From Antedon mediterranea (taxonomy: Eukaryota; Animalia; Echinodermata): 64,000 nt of DNA. The position numbers were made by a program, and so were the translations under genes. Positions 36,608-64,000 of the stretch are shown in pieces. The notes beneath the pieces are model-generated. The model was not told the DNA's origin. It ran no database searches and saw nothing but the letters and a program-made list of their open reading frames with translations. Position 1 is the stretch's first letter, and the number at the start of each line of letters is the position of its first letter. The stretch lies in NCBI RefSeq assembly GCF_964355755.1, contig NC_092676.1, positions 5,247,888-5,311,887 of the forward strand, in the 5' to 3' direction.

Positions 36608-36915
36608 AGGGATCATGTCAAGGTTATTCTACTGCAGTAACTTCATTTTTTTTACTGCAGTACTGTGATTTAGCTTTATTTATGAGGCAGCTACCGCAAT
36701 AAACAGTAGGGAGGTTTCGCAACCTTACGAATACGATAACGAAAACGGATACATCACGCACACGTATTCGTTTTCGTAAGCCATAAAAAAATCTGTTTTT
36801 ACTACCACTTTCCAAACAAACAAAAAACTTGCTAAATGATTGCATAAACAGGTTAAATTGTAAACAAAATGCGGGTACTGCAGTAACTGCAGTAGAATAA
36901 TTTTGACATGGTCCC
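36608..36915. mobile_element. MITE family B copy with nested family C fragment
   Basis: TTA-GGGATCATGTCAA..TTATTCTACTGCAG ... CTGCAGTAGAATAATTTTGACATGGTCCC-TTA; other B copies at ~37820-38026, 44297-44478, 45863-46200, 46723-46934, 52438-52500, 53646-53870, 61977-62190. Confidence 0.82.
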
Positions 36916-37363
36916 TTAAAACAAAGTATGGTGTATAGAAATTGTATACAATTTATTAATGAATATTTTAATATTTATGCACTTTAATTCAAAATTAATT
37001 TTATTTGAATTCATTTTTCATTGAATAATACATATTTAAATACTATGGCTTTTTTTTCTACATGCGGAAAATTTAAAAGAATGAAAAAACAAATACTGAC
37101 CACTATATTATAAACAAAATGTTGTCAACGCCAGAAATGCAAACAAGGACATTTAAAACGATAGGACATGGATGTTGGAAGGTATATTTAATTGTTGTTT
37201 TCACGATTGAATCGGTTTTAAAGTAATGTTTGTAGTAAGTATCTTTGCAAAAATAAAGTTTTAATTATTACATTGTAGTAAGACGTCATTCATAAAAATT
37301 ATTGATGCTTTATACTACAACCATCTTCTGTCGGGAAGGAATCAACAAACACATTACATTTTA

Positions 37364-37500
37364 AGCCATGTCTACACTATCAAACTTTATGCGACAAAAA
37401 AATGAGATGTGCCCATATATGGACATGATGATGTCATATCACCACCATATTTGGGAACATCACATTCTTTTTCTCAAACTAGTTTGATAGTGTACACAGA
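37364..37500. mobile_element. MITE family A copy
   Basis: GTCTACACTATCAAAC...GTTTGATAGTGTACACAGAG; another partial copy at 38781-38900. Confidence 0.8.
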
Positions 37501-40500
37501 GGTGCGTGTTGACGAGGGTATTGTCATTAGGGCAGATAAACTGGCAGTATAGTATAAGAATTCTACGCTATGGAGTAGAAAAAAAATTGATGGATGTGTT
37601 ATTAGACAAATAACATCCCATCAAATAAATTACGGCAGTGCATATACTGGATTGATATTAATAATATGATATTCTCAAAAGTTTCAAAAGTGAAAATAAA
37701 AGTGTAAAGACTTGTATAAAACAGTAAAGACTATAATTGTAAATGTATACAATTAATAAAATATTTGATTATAAAAAAAAAAAATGGTTCTTTGCTATTT
37801 TGTTGTGAATTTTACTTAGAGATCATGTCAATATTATTCTACTGTAGTTACTGCAGTAACTTCATTTTTTACTGTAATAATGTTTGACTTTAGTTTGTGA
37901 GGAGTTTATGAGGCAATCATTGTAAATAAACTGTGTGTATGATTATTTAAAAAAAGCTTGCTAAAATCTGCATAAATAAATGTAGTTACTGCAGTAACTG
38001 CAGTAGAATAATCTTAACATGGTCACTTCAGAAACAGAAAAACCATTCTTGAGAATTGAAACTAATGAGAATATATTTGGAATGGAAACAAATCATTATT
38101 GTCTAGTACAATAGCAATGGTATCATTGTTCTGTATAGCAATCTTTCATTTTTATGATGCGCCGGAAGACTACAAAGCTATCGTGTCAATCTGTGCATGC
38201 TCAGAACATACGGTGCAGACGCAGAATGACTATTAGACTCAATAGCTGCATAGTTTAGCGGTGCATCGTGAAAACAAAATATCGCAGTTATTATTAGTGG
38301 AATGTTACAAGAGACATTTGTTGACAACATTCTAACATAATTAGTAACAACGACAACAACACAAAACATGCAAAAACAATTCTAAAAATTACCCAAAATT
38401 TTTAACAAGTCAAAAATATTCATTTCTTAAAAAAATAATCTTGAATGCTTTTCTTAAAAACCTCAATTCAAAAATCTGTTCACTGTTGTAAATTCAGCTT
38501 GTCATTTTACTAATTAAACCAATGAAGACATTCTAAAATATGTATGTATCTGCTACGTTTATCATTAACTACCTACATACGTATATTGAAACACTACAGA
38601 AAAATAACGTGAGTAAACTGCTACAAACTATTATTAACAGTGGAAGTGGCAGAATTTAAGACAGAGGTAGCCATTTAAAACTAAACTTGCTACATTACTA
38701 AATATAATAATCTACATATTCATCAAATTAACAGATATATACATAGTTTTCAATCCGCGGTTAGCACATGTCGCTATTTAAAGCCTTGTCTACACTATCA
38801 AATTTTATGTGACGAAAAAAATGTGATGTACCCAAATATGGACATGATGGTACCATATTTGTGCACATCACCATGCTTTTGTTAAACTAGTTTGATACTA
38901 AAAATGGCATTATTTTAGCCCAAGTCTGCCTTTCTTTATATATTTTCAAAACAAAGCTATTTTTAGCAAATATATTACAATTTAATTAGACAAAAACCCC
39001 ACTAAATTTAGCACCGTATAATATGGAGAGTATCAATACAGGTTGCTCACAAAGTGACAATATTCACCTCAACGATTATTATTCCAAAAACGTTAATCAA
39101 CAATACAATTCAATTCACTAAAGATCAACCACTACAGTATTCAGTAACCACAAAATATAGAACTTAAAAATGCCCTTTTACTACGTTTAAATGGCGTAGT
39201 CACTAAACTAATAAGTTTATAGCGATATAGTGGTTCATTCTATACTTAATAATACACCATTCATTTATTTATCTACATTATTTAATAAACTAGAATGACT
39301 ATATTGTTCTAAACATAAACACAATCATCATACATCTGATGGCCAACATTATATAATTTCATATTTCATTAATTCAAAAACTAACAAAGAAATGTACGCT
39401 CAAAGAAGAAAAATCTCAAATCAATTCTATTTCTATAATGGGTATCATTTGTTGTTTGCGAACCTCATTGGTTGTCTTGACCGGCAAGATTCCATAACCT
39501 TTGACCTCAAATTTTCAGTTATATACATTCCGTCTCTTAAAAATCTAAATTCATTACAAAACTTATTCTCATTATTAACTGACTAACTAATACAGTATTT
39601 ATCAATTATTTTCAATATACCTTTTTAAGGAACCATTTATCAACCAATCAAATTGCGCCAGTCTTTCATTAAACATTCCATAAACAAATTTTGTAACAAC
39701 AAAAAAAATTTCGGCATAAATTCTAATAATTTGAATTGTAATATTCTAACATTGCTACAACTCATTATATAATTTACAACGTAATTATTTCTAAAATTTT
39801 TACATGTTAAATGCACACATTCTTTTAATAATTCTGTACAATTCTAGTGTAATTTTAAACTATTATCTACATAATACAAACATGCCTATGAATTTAATAC
39901 CATTTATATATTTCAAGACTTTCAACATTGTAAAATTCACAATTTTTTTTTTCTTCTAAAAATAGGTCACACCTAAAAGAGGTCAGACCCAACATTGTTC
40001 TATTACGTGGAAAGACAATTTTGAAAGCCTCAGTAAAATACAATCTGTTCTAGGAAAAATAGTGCTATATTTACAAACATGCGGCCATCTGTCTTATTAT
40101 ATTAATATTGTATCCTTTGGCAAAAACTTTTCAGATCATTATTACATACGCTAATATAGACACGTCCTGTATAAGTAAATTAGGTCGATAAAATATCTAT
40201 AAGTGCAGAGCAGGCTTGTATTTTTAAAATTCCCTGCATGCTAAACTTGGTTAAAATAATCCGATTCATGCGTTTCTATAGCTTATAACCTATAATTAAA
40301 ACATGTCCTGTACTGACCACTTCAGTACTTAAACCTTTAGTAAAACTTAAATTTTTTTATATAATGATACTACATCTAAAACCGCATAACAAATTGTGTT
40401 AAAATTATCAGTAAAACTTATTTAATTTAATGTACAAAGGGTTTAATATATTTTTGAGTCTGCGAGAGCAATTCACTCAACTATATCGAATGTAAAAGGT

Positions 40501-41042
40501 TCTTGGAACGAAGTGTAGGTTGATAAAAGCTTGACGAAGTAGAGAATGAGAATTCACATTTAAGGAAACACATTCAACTTCACCTAGATATTTGTTACAA
40601 GGAGGCTAAAGTCAAAATGGAGAAAATCATGTACTCAGTTTGAGCACATTGGTATGACTTTCTTCAGGACTAGAGGGTAAGAGGAACTGGAGGAACAGAA
40701 AAATGAATTTATTTACTAAAATGGCTCAATTCTTATCAATAAAACATGGAAACTAAACAGTTTATTAAACAAGTCATTAAAAACAATGTATTATTTAGTA
40801 TGCAACAAAATTTTCTTTATATGCAGTTTGAACAAGAGCTTTTCCAAAAGAACGCTCACGAATGTATAGCTTGGCATGTACTGGTTTACACATAGCACAG
40901 GGGTTGATGCCATCCATCGACAGTTATATTTAGTTTAGATTCATCCAAGCAAGCAGAAAAATAGATGCCCACGAAAGACCATGGCATCAACAGATCATTC
41001 AATCACGTTCAGTTGAGTAAATTGATCTCGCAGTGCCGCCAG

Positions 41043-58253
<17,211 letters not shown>

Positions 58254-58396
58254 TTATAAGAAAGAATAATTTCTGTATATTTACTTATGTCAAACTTATA
58301 TTTACATATGCATGACTTACACTTACATATGCATGACTTACACTTACATATGCATGACCTTATATTTACATACTGTATATGCATGACCTTATATTT

Positions 58397-59616
58397 CTAT
58401 GCTCACGCTACCCATTCGCGTTTTCGCAACTTGAGATTGGAGTTGTCAATTTGCAAAAAAAAAAAATTATTATATCATTCGCAAAACTTCTTCAAACGAC
58501 TTCGGCGCCGTCGTTGCCAGCCTATAATAAGTGACAGCGATGTAGCGTTACTTGCCATCAATGACATTTTTTTCGCGTCACTCAAATAAATTAAAACAAG
58601 TTTTCCGTTAAGAGGCTTATTCATTGTAAAGGGGAGTAGTTGTAAATCGCGTTATCTGTAAATGTACACGCGCCCGACTAAGGAGAATTCATTTTATGAA
58701 TAGACATGCGCAGTAATTGTAATTACGAACAAACAAACAAACTGCGCATGTGTTTCATGAAAATATCGCGCAATAACAAACATGCGCATGGACATTCCGC
58801 CGACGTCGTAGTTCGTTACGATGTTTTCGCGAGTGAATAAAAAGCATATAAAATAAAACATGAATGAAAACTATTTCTTATTTTATATTGTTTGTGATAA
58901 AAGTGAGTGAGTGGCCGAGCGGTTAAGACAGTGGAACCGTAATCACGTAGCCATAACATCGGCAGGGGTTTGAAGCTCACTCACTCCATGGTTCTGGTGG
59001 TAGAACGAGTCTTCTCGGATAAGGACTATAAACCGTAGGTCCAGTGTACACAACTTGCTCGTGTGCACTTTAAAGAACCTAGTACATCTTTCGAGACGAG
59101 TAGGGGGTTACCCCGGTGTACTAGTACATCCCAGCCACTGATCACCAACTGGGCCCTCTGGGAGATCAGTCTTTGACTGAAGAGGTCACCCAGTATAAAG
59201 ATAAAACAAACAAACAAACAAAACAAACAAAACAAATCCAGGCAGGCTGCATATGCTGATAATTGATAGAGGCCCGACGCCGATCATACATGACTCGACT
59301 GTGGCATAGTCAACCGTTGAATAGGCCTCCTATAGGCTATGGCCATGGCGACTGGTATTGCGTCAGGACGGTGAGGCTGCAGTAGGTCTAACATATTTTA
59401 ATGCAGTCATGTTTTATTTGTATTTTAATCACATTCACAGAATGAATAAAGATAAAAACAATACAAGACAATATATTTATTTGATGTATCTAGCAAAAAA
59501 TGTAGCCATTTTCATGGTTTTTAAAATTTGCTAAAGAATTTTCAATTTGGCGAAAAAAAATCAGTGACCTTTGGCAAAATTTTGCGAAAGAAAATTTGAC
59601 CTTAGCGTGAGCGTAG
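58397..59616. mobile_element. 1.2-kb non-autonomous TIR element with apparent 5-bp TSD
   Basis: TIR CTATGCTCACGCTA / TAGCGTGAGCGTAG; TATTT at 58392-96 and 59617-21. Confidence 0.7.
58903..59235 (+). mobile_element. Full-length tRNA-headed Deu/Nin-type SINE with (CAAA)n tail, nested in the TIR element
   Basis: A box TGGCCGAGCGG, degenerate B box, same core and tail as the other copies. Confidence 0.88.
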
Positions 59617-59829
59617 TATTTATATATGCATGACCTTATATTTACATATGCAAGACCTTATATTTACATATGTACAATATGACTTTATTTACATTAGGAT
59701 CTTATATTTACAATGCATGACCTATTTTTATTAAGTGATTTACTTGTTGTATATTGGTACATATTAATGATACAGAGTGAGTTGCTTAATCTTGCCGTAA
59801 TGATTCATAATTTAAATATCTATTAGCAC

Positions 59830-60130
59830 TTGAATTGCTCAAGTGCCTCAGACAAGTACTTTACTACTACTAGAGGCCCAGAAACCCCAAGCCTAGCTGG
59901 AAATCTCAGTGAACCTGCCTAGGGAATCCATATGGGTTTAAAAACTTTGGGACTTTCATTCATACAACAGCCTTAAAATGCTCAAGTTCCTCAGACAAGT
60001 ACTTTACTACTAAAAGTGCAAACTCGAGGCCCAGAAACCCCTGGCTTGGAAACCTACAGTATGCGCCTGCCTAGGGAATCCATCTGGGTTTAAAACTTTG
60101 GGACTCTCATTCAAACGACAGCCTTGAAAT
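59830..60130. repeat. Local ~150-bp tandem duplication
   Basis: TGCTCAAGT.CCTCAGACAAGTACTTTACTACTA..CCTGCCTAGGGAATCCAT..AAAACTTTGGGACT twice. Confidence 0.85.
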
Positions 60131-61353
60131 GCCATCCACATTGAGAATACAAGTTTGTCAAACTGTGGTTATTTTTTAGGCTTGATTCATTCAAGCCCTC
60201 TTAAATGCCCCTGGATTTATTATCAGTAACTAGTAGTAAACAGGATGTTAGAGGTCCTGGCAGCCTTGCATGTTGTTTTGGAATAGATTTATATGCCTAG
60301 CAGATAGGCAGTAATGTCATAAAACGATACTCTTAATTCAAGGTAGACAAATACATTTAGACTGTACAGTAAATACAGTACCATGAATGGTGATTATTTT
60401 ACTGTTTTTTAAAATTCAAAATTAATATATTTAGGTATTCTTTTATAATTTTATACAACTCAAAAAAATATTGAAAGGAGTCTCTGCAGTTTCGACATAC
60501 TGCAAATTAACAATTACAAAACACATGAAATAAAATTGTGAAAGGACAACATCAGCAGTGTTCACACGCACAAGAGTTAATCATGCATAGATCAGAGTTA
60601 AGCATGCATAGATCAGAGTTAAGCTGATCCGAATCATATCTGAGTCACATCACAACCAACATTGTGCTTGTGTAACTCTGTGTTGTTAACTTGAATACCT
60701 TCAATAGGAACAAGGATATATCTGACATTTAACCCATGTATTTTTGTATTTGAACGCAGAATAAGCTATATCTCGAGATTTACTATTCAACATCGAAAGA
60801 GAACAACTAAAGTGAATGTGCATAGTTGTATTTCTGGTCATGTCATTGTGACGCAGACAAAATGACATTAATAGCTGTATTTGCATAACCGAGAGGTTTA
60901 ATATTTCTAGCACATTCATTGTAGACGAGGTCAGTAGATTAACGGCGTGATGATTAATGTTGATAACATTATGATAACATTATGATACATAAAACATAAT
61001 TAATATAATCTACAGTTAGAGTTAGTTACATGAAAGCTTATAGACCGTATTAAGAGAACAGGATTAGTACAGGTTAAATTTCTGTCTGGCAAAAAGTGCA
61101 GTTTTACGCAATTAAACATGTCTGTCTTTACTGGCATAAAACCAACAAAATATGCAAATGTTATTAGCGGAGTCAGGATAAATTTCTGGTTTAATAACAG
61201 TAACGAAGAATTAAATTCCATCAAGCAGAAAATATAAGCAGTTTTATACAATTAATATGCGTGATTTTTATACAAGATATAACTAATAAAAAAACCTAGA
61301 AGGCATCAAGAACAAAATAAAATATTTTTTTGTGTAATTATCATCACACTGTT

Positions 61354-61600
61354 AATATACAATTATAAAATGTCCATCTAGGGTTATCTATAAAAAAATG
61401 TTAAAATTGAATTTAATATTTGTATTTGAAATTATTCTTAGTTTTATCATATTATTCAAATTTGAAAATATAAAACCAGTTTTAAATACAATTATATAAA
61501 TGTCCATCTAGGGTTATCTATAAAAAAAAATTTAAAATTTAATTTAATATTTGTATTTTGTTTTACAAATTATTTTTAGTTTTATCATAATATTTCAAAT
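61354..61600. repeat. Local ~130-bp tandem duplication
   Basis: AAATGTCCATCTAGGGTTATCTATAAAAAAA twice. Confidence 0.85.
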
Positions 61601-63081
61601 TTTCCTCTATTTTTACTTTAGATTTATACATGGAGCAAACAACAAACAAAATTTAAATATGTGAATCATACTATATTTCTAATGACGATGGTTAAACAAA
61701 ATGTAATTACATGCAAAGAAAAGATGTTTAGATTCAATATTCCTGGCTCAATCTGTCGTTATCTACCGGCCTACGTCGTAAATGAATTACAAAGGCTTTT
61801 GCAAAGCAGCCCTGGATAAGAATGACGCTCTCTGTTTAATGGACAGAAGTCTGTATTGCGCAATACTCATCTACACGTGAAGTACCGTAAATCTGTTTTT
61901 CAAACCTCAAGACTTGCTGTAAAAGCTTTTGAGTGTTTACAGGACATGATTGTTTAAAATACAAGACAGATATTCAGGGATCATGTCAAAATAATTATAC
62001 TGCAGTTACTACATTTTTTACTGCAGTAACGTACAGTATCATTTTTGTTGAAATTTAGAAGTTTATAAAGCAGTTACTGCAATAAACAGTGTGTATGATT
62101 ACATCAAAAAGCTTGCTAAATAATTGCATTAAACTGGTAAACAATTAAACAAAATGTATTACTGCAGTAACTGCAGTAGAATAATTCTACTGCAGTATGA
62201 CCAACAAAGGCTAAAAAAATGATTACATCCAACACATTATGAGGTCATGCCTAAGCCGCCAGCTAGGCTGCACTGATGACCCAGCAGAGTCTACTCTATA
62301 ATACTGGTCTAGGGGCGCCTTCAGTGGCTAGCCTTGAACCTCTGTTAGCCTTATGAGCCAACAGTGAAAGTCCTATGGCATGCTGGATTAGCACAATATG
62401 TCTCCAACTCTCATTGTTACAATTCGTCCAAATCAATAAACATATTTATATAATAACTCATTGCACAAAGATGGACAAAAGAGTTACAGAAACAATGGCA
62501 AGAAGGTCTGATAAAGTTCAGTAGAATTTGATAATTTAAAGATAAAACAATTACATATTTTGTTGTTTATTATAAACTAACCAGATTGAACATAGTATTA
62601 GTACAGTCAATATAATTAAAATTCCATAGAAAATCTGGAATCACAGATTGTTAAACTCTCTCTACACTATCAAACTTTATGTGACAAAAAAATGTAATGT
62701 GCCCATATGAACATGATAATGTTACAGTATATCTACCATATTTGGGCTTATCATTCATCACTACCATATTTGAGCATACACTTTTTTTTGTCAAATTAAT
62801 TAGATAGAGTAGACAGAGCTTTAGAATAGTTTTAAATTTGTCTTTTTTGCCATTACATTTTCCTTAACTTTCTACTTTCTAAATGCTCTATAAAAATTAA
62901 GGCATAATCTGCTAAATGAATTGTTATTTATCATTAACAAAATCAATGTTTTAATTTTAATTAAAAGCATACTGTAGATAAAACAAAACATGCATATTTC
63001 ATGCTTTAAATACTATTACTACTGTACACATTACTGTACAGTAGGTTGTAGGTAAGTTGGTCGTGTATAACTAATGCCAAA

Positions 63082-63422
63082 GATTAACATACACCTTGTG
63101 TTATAGGTATAGAAATATTAACATCAAGCATCTGAACATGATTAACATACACCTTGTGTTATGTAAGAAACTACACTTTGTGCTAGATAAGAAATGTTAA
63201 CACTACGAGTCTGAACAGGATTATGTTATGTCAAGAAACTACACCTTGTGTTAGGTAAGAAACAGTAACACTACGAGTCTGAACATGATTATGTTATGTC
63301 AAGAAACTACACCTTGTGTTAGGTAAGAAACAGTAACACTACAAGTCTGAACATGATTATGTTATGTCAAGAAACTACACCTTGTGTTAGGTAAGAAACA
63401 GTAACACTACAAGTCTGAACAT
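63082..63422. repeat. Tandem repeat, ~69-bp unit, ~5 copies
   Basis: GATTATGTTATGTCAAGAAACTACACCTTGTGTTAGGTAAGAAACAGTAACACTAC.AGTCTGAACAT. Confidence 0.9.
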
Positions 63423-64000
63423 AATAAAATATTTAAAAACAAGTACTAAGCCAGCATAAAGCCTTCGTTGTTGTTATGATCTTTTTATTTACTTAAAGAT
63501 TAACATTTTCACAAATGTGTGTGCTTCAAATTAACAGTGACGATGTCTACTGATATGTTGAAAGGTCACCAGGCTCTCATTAAGAAATCTAATCAAAGTG
63601 ACCAATCAGACAAATGTTAAAGTTCATCAGTGATATTGAAAACATACAAAATGCTATGATAACTGTTACATTGTTATTCTTCCAATGGCCTTCAGTTTTC
63701 AATTTTAAAAGCTGCTAATTGGTCGATAATTGCGCGAGACTGTATTTATATACCGTATTATCTTGGTTTATAGCCTTTACGTTTTCAGGTGGCCATACAG
63801 TATTATAACAATAAAACATTCGGGTGAGTAAGGCTTTTGTAAAAACTGTATCAACAAAATTGGTTTCATTTTATTTTGTAAGTCTGACAAATACAGTAGT
63901 AGGAGTAGGAATAGCAAATAAGGGAGAATGTTGCCTGGCCTACTGTAGGTCGAGACACAGCGATTTTGTTTGAAAGGCCACGCAAAGAGCTACAATACAA

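Larger units (their letters stand above)
58290..59725. repeat. 21/22-bp minisatellite (TTACATATGCATGACCTTATAT) split by a 1.2-kb insertion
   Basis: Units at 58290-58396 resume at 59617-59725. Confidence 0.8.

Noticed and set aside
58903-58990. tRNA gene (also 11040-11118 and 21810-21886)
   Set aside because: A/B boxes are present but I could not form a cloverleaf; it is always attached to the same dispersed body, so it is a SINE head.
59160-59200. Hammerhead in the SINE tail (CTGAAGAGG)
   Set aside because: No stem II followed by GAAA and no NUH triplet in register; more likely a LINE-derived tail stem-loop.

Overview
AT-rich, intron-rich animal genomic DNA. The repeat families suggest an invertebrate, possibly an echinoderm-like deuterostome; this is inference only. 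Three gene-scale units are present. (1) 1-5.0 kb, + strand: the decayed 3' part of an LRR-exon gene, with three intact 72/75-nt LRR exons plus broken ones. (2) 10129-33657, - strand: a complete POLR3B/RPC2 gene (RNA polymerase III second-largest subunit), reconstructed by hand as 26 GT-AG coding exons, 3408 nt, 1135 aa. (3) 41043-58206, - strand: the last 10 exons of a HIPK kinase gene whose 5' part lies beyond the window. Introns are packed with Harbinger-like and TTAA (Kolobok-like) MITEs, Deu/Nin-type SINEs (one with a 5S rRNA head), Penelope-like GIY-YIG retroelement fragments with hammerhead ribozymes, and many tandem arrays. The most striking structure is that two consecutive POLR3B introns consist largely of tandem copies of the gene's own exon/5'-splice-site junction (about 25 x 38 bp and about 9 x 115 bp). 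In addition, a 71 x 44 bp satellite was seeded from a MITE end, and a sense-strand hammerhead lies 75 nt upstream of a POLR3B exon. All coordinates were read by eye; repeat boundaries are approximate.
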